From Octopus vulgaris (Eukaryota), in assembly GCA_951406725.2 (NCBI GenBank), contig OX597823.1, positions 61,628,001 through 61,692,000 on the forward strand: a stretch of 64,000 nucleotides of DNA, read 5' to 3'. Both the position numbers and the translations under genes were made by a program. Numbering within the stretch: position 1 is the first letter of the stretch; each line of letters opens with the position of its first letter. Shown one piece after another: positions 24,636 through 39,045 of this stretch. The notes under the pieces were generated by a model. The model made no database searches, was not told the origin of the DNA, and saw only the letters and a list, made by a program, of their open reading frames with translations.

Positions 24636-26419
24636 CCCAGTTTCCATGATGAATAGGTGACTGAAGTTACAACACTCTCTCTCCTCTCCCCTGTACAAGA
24701 TGCTGTTCTGTCACAGGGATGACTTCCCAGCTACTAGACTAAACTCATTTGCAGTGAAGTGGAATGGTGCAACATGAAATGAAGTGTCTTGTTCAAGAAC
24801 ACAGCACTCTGCCAAGCTTGGGAATCAAAGAAATGACCTTACAGTTGTGGATGCAACACCTTAACCACTAAGCCACTTACATTGAGTCAGTGGAGTGACC
24901 AGGAAAGGGATACATCTACCAGAAGACTTCTAGATTCTATTGTTCACCACTTCATTCTTGAAATAGATAGCAAGTATTCATGCGTCTTATGAATATTTTC
25001 AGTATAACACAAACAAGGATGTAGATATTGGATTTCTATCAAAATGGTTGATAGGATATCAGTTGCACTTCTAGTGACATATAACTGGCAGTCCATCTGT
25101 TACAACAATGAGGATTCCAGTTGATCTGATCGATGAAACAGCCTGCTCATGAAATTAATGTGCATGTGGCTGAGTACTCCACAGACACACACAACCTTAA
25201 TGTAGTTCTCATGGAGATTCAGCATGACACAGAATGTTCATAAAGCTAGCTCTTTGAATTACAGGTACAACTCACTTTTGTCAGCTAAATGGATTGGAGC
25301 AATGACAAATACAGCATTTTGCTCAAGGACACAGCATACCACCAGGTATCAACTTGCAAACCTATGATCAAGAGCCAAATACTCCAACCACCAAACCATG
25401 TGACCTCACATATTTATTTCTTTATTGCCCACTGGGGGGCTAAAGATAGCAGGGACAAACAAGGACAGACAAAGGGATTAAGTCGATTGCATCAACCCCA
25501 GTGTGTAACTGGTACTTATTTAATCGACCTCAAAAAGATGGTAGGCAAAGTCAACCTCGGCAGAATTTGAACTCAGAACGTAACAGCAGACAAAACACCA
25601 CTAAGCATTTCGCCCAGTGTGCTAATGATTCTTACTTCTTTACTGCCCACAAGGGGCCACACACAGAGGGGACAAACAAGGACAGGCAAACAGATTAAGT
25701 CGATTAAACTGACCCCAGTGCATAACTGGTACTTATCTAATTGACCCCGAATGAAAGGATGAATTTGAACTCAGAACATAGCAGCAGATGAAATACCGCT
25801 AAGCATTTCACCCAGTGTGCTAAAGATTCTACCAGCTCACCGTCTTTGAAGCATTTCGCCCGGTGTGTTCATGATTCTGCCAGCTTGCCACCCTTCACAA
25901 TATCTTTAAAAGGGTATATGTTTGTAATGTCTGTCTAGGCTAACTATTATTATATACTTGCAGAACATTTGTTGCTACGTCTTTATAGGATAGGACATCC
26001 ATTGCTATGATTATTCAGATATTTCCACTATGTTTGATCTGGATATCAGTTGCTATGACATCTACATACACTATATATATCAATGTTTGTATTGTATATC
26101 AACCACTTTTTCTAAACAATCTGAAAGGTAATATAATTTATACAGAAGCATTTCTTCTCAGATTAAAACCACTTTCAAACAAACAATGCTAACATCAAAG
26201 ACTTGTCCGTGTGTTGATATTTTTATGTTGTGTTGTGCATACACTTTACTCTTGTACTCTTTTACTTGTTTCAGTAATTTGACTGCGGCCATGCTGGAGC
26301 ACCGCCTTTAGTCGATCAAATCGACCCCAGGACTTATTCTTTGTAAGCCTAGTACTTATTGTATCGGTCCAACAAGTGATGGTGGGGAGACAAACACAGA
26401 CACACAAACATATACACAC

Positions 26420-26454
<35 letters not shown>

Positions 26455-27052
26455 TATATACGATGGGCTTCCTTCAGTTTCCGTCTACCAAATCCACTCA
26501 CAAGGCTTTGGTCAGCCCAAGGCTATAGTAACTTGCCCAAGGTGCCACACAGTGGGAATGAACCCGGAACCATGTGGTTTGTAAGCAAGCTACTTACCAC
26601 ACAGCCACTCCTGTACCTATTAATATAGTTATCCACCCAAGCACTATATACAATAAACTTCAGTCAGAATCATTGGCAAACTGGATATAATGTTGAACAG
26701 CATTTCTTCTGGTTCTTTATAAGCTGAGTTCAAATTCTACTGAGCTCAACTTTAACTTTCATCCCTTCAAGGGCTGATAAAATAAGTACCAGTCAAGCTC
26801 TGAAGTAAATGTAATTGATTTACCAACTCACTTAAATTATGTATCATTGATCTTGCGATAAAAGTTGTGAGAATTATTATTACTTTTCTTTTTATCTCAG
26901 GTTTTGTTGGAATTCCTGGAGTTTTGCATGCATAGCGAGTTTGCTGCCTGCAGCCTACAGTACCATGCTATCTGTTCTTTTCAACTATTTAATACTTTGC
27001 TAATTATTCTGGCTATGCCAAGGAGGCAAACCTTTTATTATTATCATTGTTA

Positions 27053-27110
<58 letters not shown>

Positions 27111-27464
27111 CATTTTTATTATTACTATAGTAGATGTCGCACGATATACAATATCATGAGGTTGTTGACTGAAGATATTGTGTCTACCAGGAGTTTGTAC
27201 TGTTTGTCAAGTCACAACAAGGACCTCAGGCAGATAGTACTTTATGCAATATGCGTACAGTTACAAGTAATACCGACTTTTGCAAGTTGGATTATATAGT
27301 CATTGGTGATGTCGCAACTCATTTCTACAGCTGAGTGAACTGGAGCAATGTGAAATAAAGTATCTTGCTCAAGAACACAACACGCAGCCCGGTCCGGGAT
27401 TCAAACTCACAACTTCACGATCGTAAGCTCGACGCTCTAACCACTGAGCCATGCGCCTTCACAC

Positions 27465-27548
<84 letters not shown>

Positions 27549-27726
27549 ACGGGAAGGTTTACGAAAATAAACAAAAGACGAAGGCAGGTGGAGTACAAAC
27601 AAACAAATGTATTAGTATGCCGCTCAGGAATATAAATAGAACAAGTCTTTTACGTTTCGAGCCTACGCTCTTCGACAGAAAGATACACAGAAAAAAAACA
27701 AGGAGAGAAACAAAGAGAGAAAAAAA

Positions 27727-27786
<60 letters not shown>

Positions 27787-28061
27787 CATCATCATCATTT
27801 CATTTAATGTCCAATTTTCCATGCTTGCATGGGTTGGTTGCAGTTTATTTGAGGCAGATTTTCTGATGCCCTTCCTGTCACCAACTCTTACTTGTTTCCA
27901 AGCAGTTTAATATTTCTCAATGACCAGATATGTTCTTACAGAATATTGGAAATGAATGACTTTGCTTTTGACAGTAACTCTTATTGACAGTTATCATGTG
28001 ATATGGCAAGGAGACACATATACATACTTACATACATGCACACATAAATTACACATACACA

Positions 28062-28089
28062 CATACATAAGTGTGTATGTAGGTAGGTA

Positions 28090-28154
<65 letters not shown>

Positions 28155-28370
28155 ATGTGTGTGTTGATAAATGCTTTAACATGAAACTCTATCTAGTCCA
28201 TTTAATAACTTCACACATATACATACTTACATACATGCATACATACATTACACATACACACATACATAAGTGTGTATGTAGGTAGGTATTTGTGTGTGTG
28301 TGTGTGTGTGTGCATGTGTGTGTTGATAAATGCTTTAACATGAAACTCTATCTAGTCCATTTAACAACTT
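28062..28370. repeat. Local tandem duplication of a ~200-bp microsatellite-containing unit
   Basis: catacataagtgtgtatgtaggtaggtatt(tg)n...gttgataaatgctttaacatgaaactctatctagtccatttaa occurs twice with different (TG)n lengths. Confidence 0.9.
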
Positions 28371-29953
28371 TTTAGGCATTCTCAGCTAATAAAAAATATT
28401 ATACATTCATACATATCTTTGTGTGTATGAGCATATATGTATATCCATTTATGTATACATCATATGCATGCATAGAATATAAATTATTCTTTAGTCAGTG
28501 TGACCAAAATGACAAAATACCATATTTCCCTTGTCCATGAAGTTCATTCTGAATAATCCTGGGCAGACTCACATATCATATCTGTTAGATGATAATGCAC
28601 CCAGCTTCTCAATGCTGCTTTACAATGTGAGCACTGTGCAGCATGGTACTCCACTCTAGGCATACTTTGTTTGATATATTGTAAATTACTGCAGATAAAA
28701 CAGAATATGTCTATAAACTGCATCAATCAACTCCTAAACAAGCTGCTTGATAAATCTCCTTCATAAATTATTCAGAACTGCATGGAAACAAAAAGAAAAT
28801 AAAAGACATCACATATTCACACCAATAGCATGTATAAACATACGCACATACACATATAAATGCATGTGCACACACTCACACATATTAGCATGCATATATG
28901 ATAAGCATGTTACATATTTAACGAAGCTGATTTAATCTTCAATCAGTCTTCAGACAGCTGTGGTGAACATATTATTTATTATGTTATACCAGTGTTTGTC
29001 ACTTAGTTTCAAAGCTTCTAAATATATTCATTCAACTTGCAATAAATAGCAACCAAACCTCTCTCAAATATGAAACTATCATTTTGTTTTGTTCTGTTTT
29101 TTTTTTGTTTTGTTTTTTAAGGTGAAGGACTCATTTGATAAACTACAATTTGCGTATATATTTTTGATACCTTCCAGCAGATTCAAATACAGATGATAGC
29201 TGCTGTTATAAATGTCTTAGAACAACTTCTCCCCTTTACATTGACAGTAGGTTCATAACACACTCAGCTCGTAGGAGCAAAGGATTCTGGGATACCTGTG
29301 TTTCAACATGTGTCTTGTCAGCCTGAAGTACCCACCAGTTCTTTGAGCCTAAACAATCCACTTGCTTTGTTTGTAATTCTAGCAAACAAACCTGTTTGCT
29401 GATTGGTGGTTATATCTGTCAACCAATTAGATAACGTGATACTTCACAAAAGGCAGGTTAGTCAAGGTCCAAATACCTTTGGTCGTATATGTTGATAGAT
29501 TAACAAAGTCTTTAGAACATTGGGCTGCATGTCTTACAGTATTCCTTCTAATCCTATGAGTTCAATTCTCACTGAGGTCAACTTTGAAATTCATCCTTTT
29601 GGAGTTGCTTAAATAGTGTAGACAACTGTTAGAGTACAAGATAGGATGTCTTACAGGTATCTGGTTCTGGTTCTTTGTCTTTTGACAATGAGGCATGTGA
29701 TGGCACTAGTACCAAGTTATCCTTTATCTTTTGCTTGTTTCTGTCATTAGACTGCAGCCATGCTAGGGCACCCCCTTTTTAGTCAAATGAATCAACCCCA
29801 GTAATTATTATTTATTAAGCTTGGTGCTTATTCTATCGATCTCTTTTGGCAAACCACTGAGCTACAGGGATGTAAACACACCAGCACCTGTTGTCAAGCA
29901 GTGATGGGGACAAATACAGACACAAAGACACACACAGATTGATAAACATACAT

Positions 29954-29989
<36 letters not shown>

Positions 29990-30215
29990 ATGTGCATGTG
30001 TGTGTATGTTTTTCCTCCATCATTGGTTGACAACCAATGTTGATATGTTTATATCTATGTAACTTAGCTGTTTGGGGAACGGAACCAATAGAAGAAATGC
30101 CAAGCTTAAAAAAAAGTGTCAATTCATTCAACAAAAATTCTTTAAGTAAAAGATAAAAGTAAAAGATAAATGATATATAAAGAGAGAGGAGAGGGGGAGG
30201 AGAAGACAGAAAAAA

Positions 30216-30408
30216 GCGGGAGTGCTGAAAAGTTTCAGGAGGATCAGTTAATTATGATTTTATTCAACATATTCCACTCTGATTCACACACTCATTGCAG
30301 CGGTCCTTCAGTCTTTCTAAGCCCTGTAAAAGAACTCGGAAAGTTGGACCACCGACCAGGCCTTTTGCAATACTCTTAAAGCCAGGATCTTTTCAGCACC
30401 CCCTTGTA
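30216..30408. mobile_element. Mariner-type MITE
   Basis: Terminal inverted repeats gggagtgctgaaaagt / tcttttcagcacccccttgTA. Confidence 0.6.
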
Positions 30409-30779
30409 TGCATATATCTGTGGGCATGTGTGTTTGTGTCTCTGTTTCTTGATATTGCATGCCAATTCTAAGCAAACATGACTGGTATACAAATTGTAAA
30501 TTTGTTTGTAATCTTGTGTGAAAACATGTCAGGTTATTGTAGGTCGCATGTTTGAAGGACTCAGAGAAATATCACAATGCTTGGAAACTGGTAAAATTTC
30601 ATGAAAAGAACATCATCTGGCAGTAGAAAAATTTGACACAAAAAATTGCATCTGATCCGACCAAATATGGAAAGTGGATGTTAAAACGATGGTGTTGGTG
30701 GTGGTGGTGGTGGTGGTAGTGGTGGTTAAATGAAACCAATGAAAAAAATAAAAGAATTTGTAAAGGTTAAAATACTCAC

Positions 30780-30858
30780 GACCGTTTGAATGGAACCTTG
30801 TCATCAAAATCCTTATGAGAAACTTTGATATTGTCCTTCATAGACTGGATAATAGAGC
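30780..30858 (-). CDS. EFHC1: EFHC1 exon linking DM10-3 to the EF-hand region
   Basis: ttgttctag|GC...TC|gtgagt, 79 nt, phase 1/2, exactly bridging the flanking exon phases; (S)SIIQSMKDNIKVSHKDFDDKVPFKR(S). Confidence 0.85.
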
Positions 30859-31194
30859 CTAGAACAACAAAAGAAAAGAATCTGACATTTAAGAAGATGA
30901 AAGACAAACTGGCTGGATCAACAGAGTATTGGACTATTTGATGATGGGTGATGGTTGATGGGTGAATATTTTTGTTCATCTTCACGTAAGTTTGGTTGCT
31001 TTGGCTATAAACTAAGAGTATATCTGACCAATAAGCCAAGCTGTAAATATGTATACTATACTTAGCTCTTGTTTCATGGGATTAAAGGAATGAGAAATTA
31101 ATATTCCACCTGGAAAGGATGCCAGTCTATCTCAGGTAACATTAACATTCTCAGTGATCTGACATATATTGCCAATATCCAGCTAAACTCAAGA

Positions 31195-32500
31195 TCAGGT
31201 TAATTGACAGCGAGATGAACCAAAAGCTCAGTGAAAGGACAGTTAAACTAACAAATGTCTAAATGAACTAAGAGTTAGTTGAGCAGACAGCTATGTGAAA
31301 TAACTGCTATAGAAACTGGCTGCTTAGTAAACTAATGGGTAGATAAAACTGACAGCCGGAAAGTGATGCTTCAGTGTAATGACAGTTGGTTGAATTGACT
31401 GCTAGGTGAAACACTAGGTACATTGACAGCTAGGCAAAGTGTTACTTAAGTGATTTGAAAGTTAGATAACTTGACAGCTAAGTAAAGTAATAACTGTGTG
31501 AACTAACAGCAGGCTGAAATATCAGATAAGTTTAGAGACAGCTATATGAACTATCAATTTGGGGGATAAAAGAACAAGGTAAAGTGACAGCTAGATGAAG
31601 TGATGTATAGGTAGCCTGATTACTAGGTGGGCTAAGATTTAGGTGAAGTGGGAGCTGAATGAATAGATAACTGACTGAAATGAACTAACTTTTAAGTAAA
31701 TTAACAACTAGCTAGGTGAACTAACGGCTACGAAAATTATCAGGTAATTGATGTTGCAGTTAAGGAAGTCTCAACTAAAGGAAGCAACATCGGGTGGAAC
31801 CCACACATAAATGAACTCACAAATAGATAAACTAAGAACTGGATAAAGTGATAAAAAGGTAAACTAACAGCTGGATGGAGTAACAACTGGATGAAGTGAC
31901 AACTGGGTAAACTGAAAGCATGATAAACTTATAGGTGGAGTGACAGACTGTGCAGAGAGTTAGATGAACTGACAGCTAGATAAAGAAAGGGCTAGGTGAA
32001 GTGGCTAATAGATGATCAGATAGTTGGTTGACTAACAGCCAAGTGAACTAACAACTAAGTCAACAAATAGTTGGGTGATGCAACAGCTAGGTGAACTGGT
32101 TTTTAACTGAACCTAAAGTAAAGGGGACAAGCAGCCGGGTGATATGACATCTGTGTAAATTGACAGCTAGATAAACTAACAGCTGGGTGAAGTAACAACT
32201 AGGTAAAATGACAGCTGGGTGAAGTGACAGCTAGATGAACTTAGCATTGACTGGATTTTGACAACTAGATGACGTTACATTAAGGTGAACTAACAGCTAG
32301 GTGGGGAGACAAGTAAGTGGTTTCACAGACAAATGACTGCTATATGAACTAACAACCAGATGAACTGAGAGCTAGATAGTTTAACAGTTCAGTGAACTGA
32401 CAACAATAGGTATGCCGCTATTAAGGCAATGGCTAAATGATTTGACAGATAAGTGAACAACCTGATGAATTGACAGCTTAGTGAACTGACAGCAAAGCGA
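31195..32500. repeat. Degenerate 16-bp minisatellite, consensus TGACAGCTAGGTGAAC, ~1.3 kb
   Basis: At 32161: tgacagctagataaac taacagctgggtgaag taacaactaggtaaaa tgacagctgggtgaag tgacagctagatgaac. Confidence 0.9.
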
Positions 32501-33918
32501 AACTTATATGGTTTGTAACACTCTTTTCACTTAATACAAAATCTACTACAGGAAGAGATTTCCTGACTTTAACAGACAAGCACTTCTCTCTGACTATAGA
32601 TATAAAAAAACTTTTTAAAGAAAGCAATCTAAAATGAGCTATACTTGCACCTCAAATATGAAAAACATACACCAAAAAAATACCAAAGCACATGTTGATG
32701 CAGGAAGCCTAATATATACCCACTAAACAAATTCTGTGATGTGGAAGCAATAACTTTTGAGGTAGACACTATATCTATAACACATAATCTGAAAGAAATG
32801 CATAAGTGTTGCATATGAATGAAAGATGGAAAATTTAAACAAAAGTTTTATAATCATGCATCCTCATTCACATGATAAAACAAACATTAGTAAATAGACT
32901 GACTACACCCGACAATCAAAAAGAATTCTTCAATCTATATTATTAAATGTAAAATCCTGAAATGAAAGTAAAAGATGCAGGTTGTACATAGAAGAGAAGA
33001 AACAATCCTGAAAAGCTTTCATCAACGTGACTTTTATTTAAACAACAGATCAGAAGTGTTCTGGTAAATCAGACATTTTGAAAAGGATTTATTAAACAGC
33101 TGGTAGCACCATCTTTGTTTCACTAGAATTACATATATTACTTCTCATCTCATTTCTTTTCTAACTTTCTTTCTTCCTTCCTTTTCCCACCTACTTAATT
33201 TTCATATTTACTTTTCCCAACACATACCTTCCTCTCCACTAATACCAATTATTTTCACCTTTATTTGTTTGGGGGGTTCCTTGCTTCAACTTCAAATATT
33301 TTATGTTTTTTTTTTCTCTGTGACTTTGATAGGAACAAATAAATTCACAGCTCTTGATGGCAAGTGTTCACACTTATGGTAGAGGGAGTTTGAGAAAATA
33401 CAGTTTCAAAATATTTCTCACCTTTATAACATATGAATATAAACAGGGTCTGAAGACTAAGTCCCTGAAACCAACAGTAGCCCACACAATATATAATTTA
33501 CTTGCATTACTTTATAAATATGAAAGCATTACACATTACTCATCTGTATCAGATGCTATATGTTTTTCTATTTTAATATATGTATATATATCATCATCGT
33601 TTAACGTCTGTTTTCCATGTTGGCATGGGTTGGATGGTTTGAATGAGGTCTGGAGAGCCAGTGGCTGCACCAGGCTCAGTCTGATTTGGCAGAGTTTCTA
33701 CAGCTGGATGCCCTTCCTAACACCAACCACTCAGAGAGTGTAGTGGGTGCAATTTACATGCCACCAGCACAGGAGCCAATCAGGCGGGCCTGGTATCGAT
33801 GATGTTTGGATAGTGCTTTTTACGTGCCACTGGCACAGGAGCCATTCAAGGGCACTGATATTGGCCATGTTCGGATGGAACAGGAGCCAGTCAGATGGCC
33901 CTGGCATCATTCATATGA

Positions 33919-34232
33919 GTAAGGCCAGAATAATGCAAAATAAATCCAAGGTATGAATTAATGGTGGCTTACTCTGCATATGAATTAAGGGTGGGTTACC
34001 CAGCATTCAATATTTCAGGGTTATGACTCCCTCTTCAGAAATTAGCAAATGTTACACATGTACATGTATGTACATGTGTGTGTACACCTGCAACATTCAC
34101 TAATTCCTGAAGAGGGGGTCATAACCCTGAAATATTGAATGCAGGGTAAGTCACTATTAATTCATATTCCTGTTTTCTTGTGATTTACCTTGGATTTATT
34201 TTGCATTGTTCCGGCCTTACACACGAATTTTA
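33919..34232. mobile_element. Fold-back element with a minimal hammerhead motif in each arm
   Basis: 33919-34053 is inverted against 34092-34220; plus arm attc-CTGAAGA-ggg(ggtcataa)ccct-GAAA-ta-TT-gaat at 34103-34140; mirror copy at 34005-34042. Confidence 0.7.
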
Positions 34233-35332
34233 TATATTATATATATATATATATATTTCTCAAATACTGAAGAACAAATTCAGGACATTGAATATAGCAG
34301 AGAATACAAAGGACAGAGATATCTGGTACCCTGTCCTCCTCAGCAGAAGTGTTAATGCCATTCCCTCTGAGGAAGAGGATTGGCCAGTAAGATCCCTGTG
34401 CCAGTGCCACATTAAAAGCATTCAACACACACTGTAAAATGGTTGGCATTAGAAATCAAACCAAATCTGATTGGAACCTGGTGCAGCTCTCTTGCTTGCC
34501 ATTCCTGATCAAACTGTCCAATCCATACCACCATCAGAAATGGACGTTAAAAAATGATGGTGATGATATGTATGTATGTTTGTACATATGTCTGTATGTA
34601 TATATGTATGTATTTATGCATGTATAGACACACACACACACACACACACACAGACAGACACACACACACACACACAGAAACACACACAGAATTTCATAAC
34701 TAAATTTCTCACCAATATGAAGTGAATTGCACATATATGGAATTGGAAATTTTGATGTAAAATTAATGGTGAGATGTTCGTTAGCACAGAGATATATGGA
34801 TATCAGTTGAGGAATAAATACCTAATTCATTAATGCCTGTTTAAATGAACCGACCTACAAATCGATAAAACGATAGCAAATGTTCAAAATAACGAGCTAC
34901 ACTCTAGGAAGACAGACAGACAAATAAACACACAAGCATGCATGCATACATACATACATACATACATACGTACGTACGTACATACATAAATAAATACATA
35001 CATACATACATACATACATACATACATACATACATACATACATACATACATACATACATACATACACACATACATACATATATGCACATATATATACAGA
35101 AATACATAAAAATAGATCTATATTGATGTAAGTGGGTCTTGTTAAGCTTTCTATAAGAGTGTGTATGTGCGTGTATATGTATATGTATATATGTATATAT
35201 ATGTATGAATATATATAGATAGATAGCTATAGATATATATATACATACATACATACATGTGTGTGTATGTATATATATATATATACACACACACACACAT
35301 GCATACATACATATCCATATAAATATACACAC

Positions 35333-35370
<38 letters not shown>

Positions 35371-35394
35371 ACATATATACATACATATACATAC

Positions 35395-35456
<62 letters not shown>

Positions 35457-35825
35457 GTATATATATATATATGTATATTATTTCCATTTCACTTCCCAGA
35501 GCTCTCAATTTCAATATTGTTATTATTGTTGTTGTTGTTATTGTTGTTGTTATCATTATTATCATTTTTATTAGTAATTTTCATCACCAAAGCTTTGTGT
35601 GTGTGAATGTGTGGTGTAGACAGTAATAACATGCAAAAGAGGAGTATATATATATATAATTTTTACTTATTTAACTGGAAAGCTACATAACAGACACACA
35701 TACACACACAAACACACATATATGCATGCATATAATCATACATACCCACGTTTGTGTGTGTGTGTGTATATATACATATATGCACATAACCATATATATG
35801 TGTGTGTGTATATATATATATATAT

Positions 35826-35883
<58 letters not shown>

Positions 35884-35913
35884 GTATATACATATATACA
35901 CACATACAGATTC

Positions 35914-36300
35914 ATCTATTATATAAAATCCGTTCTGTCTGTCTCTGTGTGACTTCTAGGATATCGGGCATCCTCCATCTGATTGCGCTCAAATTTGATA
36001 TGTAGATACCAACGGTATCAGGGCGTGTATAAGTCTTGAAAAAATTACAAAAATTGACCCAGGAGAGAATGTGATCGATAAAGCCATGGGAGCATGCATT
36101 TGTATGCACAAGTACACCAACTGTTGTAATCGATACTAAGCGTACGCAAGAAAAATGCACGTGCAGTTTGTATAAAAAAAGGCAGCTGGCTTGTATTAAT
36201 GCCACAAAATGGGATGGTTGGATAAGTTGTTTTGAAAAAATTTGCTTTAAATGTTTGACAACTCAGCATCGTTCATTGGATGGGGGGCATTTTGCTTGTA
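35914..36300 (+). mobile_element. Helitron-like non-autonomous element (degraded)
   Basis: Starts atctattatataaaatccgttctgtctgtct, internal gattgcgctcaaatttga, ends gcttgta; same architecture as 10310-10695. Confidence 0.45.
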
Positions 36301-36319
36301 TACATATATATATATATAT

Positions 36320-37232
36320 ACACAGGGTGAGGACGGTATTTGCAGACACATACACTTTTCATTATTATTTTATTTGACTAATTTTTATTGAACTTCTATT
36401 TCAGAAAATATAATGACAGGCCCTATGTTTGCTAATGAAATGAAAAGGCTTGCTGTGATTGTGGCTTTGAAGGTTAAGCATAGTGATTTTTAAAATTTTT
36501 CGTATTCTGAAAGTTGCAAGATCTTTTGCCCACCAGATTAGGTGTGATTAACAGAAAGATGGAAGTGTATTAACTGTATCAAAACAAAAAATATTCCAAG
36601 TGCCCTGATTCTATCAGGACACCTGAATTTATTCAGGAAGTTAAGCAAAACATTGAAGACAACCCAGGCAAATCAATGCAGTCAATTGCAAAAAAAGTTC
36701 ATGTGTCAGAAAAAAACAATTAAAAATATTGTGCATGAAGGCATCAGATACAAATCTTACACAATAAGGAGAGGTCAATTCATGTAAAAAAAAAAAAAAA
36801 AAGAAAACTGTTTAAGATGATGTGATTCAGTTTTCCTCAGATGAGAAAAACTTTGATCAGGACCAGAAAACTAACAGAAGAAATGACAGATAGCTATGTA
36901 CACACCTTTCTGAGGTTCCAAGAGTAATGCACACAAAATTTCCTGCAAGTATCATGGTTTTGGGTGTTGTTAACAATGAAGGACACATGATGCCTCCTCA
37001 CTTTTTTTCATAAGGTTTTAGGGTGAATGCTGCTGCATATATTGAGGTTCTGAATAAAGTTGTTAACCCTTGGATCAACAGTATATGTAATGGAAGGCCT
37101 TATGTCTTTGAACCAGATTCTGCACCATCACACAAGGCTCAAATGACGCAAGAATGAATGGCTGACAATTTGCATGATCACATCACCCTCAACATTTGGT
37201 ATCTTAATTCTCCAGATCTTAATCCACTGATT
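36320..37232 (+). mobile_element. Tc1/mariner (maT/DD37D-like) transposase remnant
   Basis: FSSDEKNF, TKFPASIMVLGVV, RVNAAAYIEVL, YVFEPDSAPSHKA, NSPDLNPL with stops and frameshifts; TA-CAGGGTG-like terminus. Confidence 0.85.
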
Positions 37233-37600
37233 ACTTCAACTGCAAAAGGACAAACCCTGAGGTTCTCCTTCAGATTGAAGAACAACCAAATGTCAAAGGG
37301 AGCAAGGTCCAGACTAGGTAGAGTGAGGAATGGTTTTAATGCTCTTCTCTGTCAAGTAGTTGATTGCCAAGAGACTGTTCACTGAGCACTCTGAGAATAA
37401 ACTTTGCACGTATTTCATGAATAATTCTGTGTACAGTTGTCACACCGACTCCAGACTGTATGCTTATTGTCTTTATATCCACACAATGGCCATCACCCAG
37501 AAAACTGTGAATTTTCTCAACTATTTCTGATGTTTTGACCTCCTTCTTCTTCACACACTTCTCATTGTCTGTCACCTCTTCTCTATCATCCTTGAAACAT
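37233..37600 (-). mobile_element. Mariner transposase N-terminal remnant
   Basis: IKTISIQSGVGVTTVHRIIHEIRAKFILRVL resembles mariner HTH2 and the WVP-linker region. Confidence 0.6.
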
Positions 37601-37604
37601 GAAA

Positions 37605-37822
37605 AATTTAATCTGCAATTACTCTATCCAGATTACAAGTTCAGGTTTATACCTGTAATTATTGGGCCCTGAGATATGTAACACACTGCCTAAATACCAA
37701 TCTTGAGAAATTAAGCTTCTCGAAACCAGAAAGGAGAAAGCTAATTCAAAGACTACAGATCCAATCCATCACTGGAACTGCAAATATATGTAACACTTTC
37801 CAGAAGTTTATCATTTAAATAT
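37605..37822 (+). repeat. Unclassified dispersed repeat; reverse-complement copy at 51800-52025
   Basis: ctctatccagatt...gttcaggtt...ccatcactggaactg...gaagtttatca is alignable in both places. Confidence 0.8.
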
Positions 37823-37883
37823 ATATGAGCATGTCTAGATATGCAACTATATGCATGAGAATACATACATAAAACATACAAAT

Positions 37884-37948
<65 letters not shown>

Positions 37949-38628
37949 TACATACATACATACATACATACATACATACATACATACATACATACATACA
38001 TACATACATACATACATACATACATACATACAAACAAACAAACAAACAAACAAACAAAAATATCCTGTTGCTGATCTTGAAATTCCAATGAAGGAGACTT
38101 GGATCTAGGCTAGAAACCGGTTCTTTTTCTATTGGCAAGAAATCTTGAAATAAACTGAATAATGACATACATACATACATACTAATGTATGTTAATGGCT
38201 TCAAGTAGATGTTTGCAATCAATGGCAGCTACACCCTAATAAATTCCTTTGACTAGTGAGCTAAACCAGATGAGGGTAATCAACATGTGTGTCACTCTTG
38301 AAGAGTTAGTGGCTTGCCTACCTAAGTATGTGATGAATGAATACAGCTGTCTCTATGAAAGCAACTTTGATGATTCAATGGAGGGGAGAGCAGCTGAAGC
38401 AAAGTAATATAGACTGCAGAGATCAAGATGAGGCAAGCAAGACATCTTGGTTATGCACTGCATCTAACTCCACTCCCAATTGTCATGACATGTGCTTGCT
38501 ACTGGATTGAAGATGGGTCACAGATGAAAGAGCAAGGATGATGGCTTGCAATTGTTCTTCACTTTAACCCTTTGGCATTTAAACTGACCAAATATAGAGA
38601 ATTATTCTACTTGGTCTATGTTCATAAT

Positions 38629-39045
38629 AGGTGCAGGTGTGGCTGTGTGGTAAGTAGCTTGCTTACCAACCACATGGTTCTGGGTTCAGTCCCACCGCAT
38701 GGCACCTTGGGCAAGTGCCTTCTACTATAGCCTCAGGCCAACCAAAGCCTTGTGAGTGGATTTGGTAGACGGAAACTGAAAGAAGCCCGTCATATATATG
38801 TGTGTGTGTGTGTGTGTGCATGTATGTTTGTGTGTCTGTATTTGCCCCCCCCCCCCCCAACATCACTTGACATCCAATGCTGGTGTGTTTACCTCCCAGT
38901 AACTTAGCAGTTCGGCAAAAAGAGACCGATAGAATAAGTACTAGGCTTACAAAGAATAAGTCCTGGGATTGATTTGCTCGACTAAAAGGTAGTGCTTCAA
39001 CATGGCCGCAGTCAAATGACTGAAACAAGTAAAAGAATAAAAGAA
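38629..39045 (+). mobile_element. tRNA-derived SINE family B (ggtgcaggagtggctgtgtggtaag...ccttgggcaagtg...gactgaaacaagtaaaag)
   Basis: A/B-box-like head (ggttcagtccc), internal (TG)n; copies at 26250-26618 (-), 39780-40145 (+), 51388-51800 (-), 53668-53897 (-), 63703-64000 (+), 23090-23405 (+), 23455-23620 (-), 29720-29940 (-). Confidence 0.88.

Noticed and set aside
38629-38710. tRNA-like sequence
   Set aside because: SINE head without a complete cloverleaf; continues into the SINE body in many copies.
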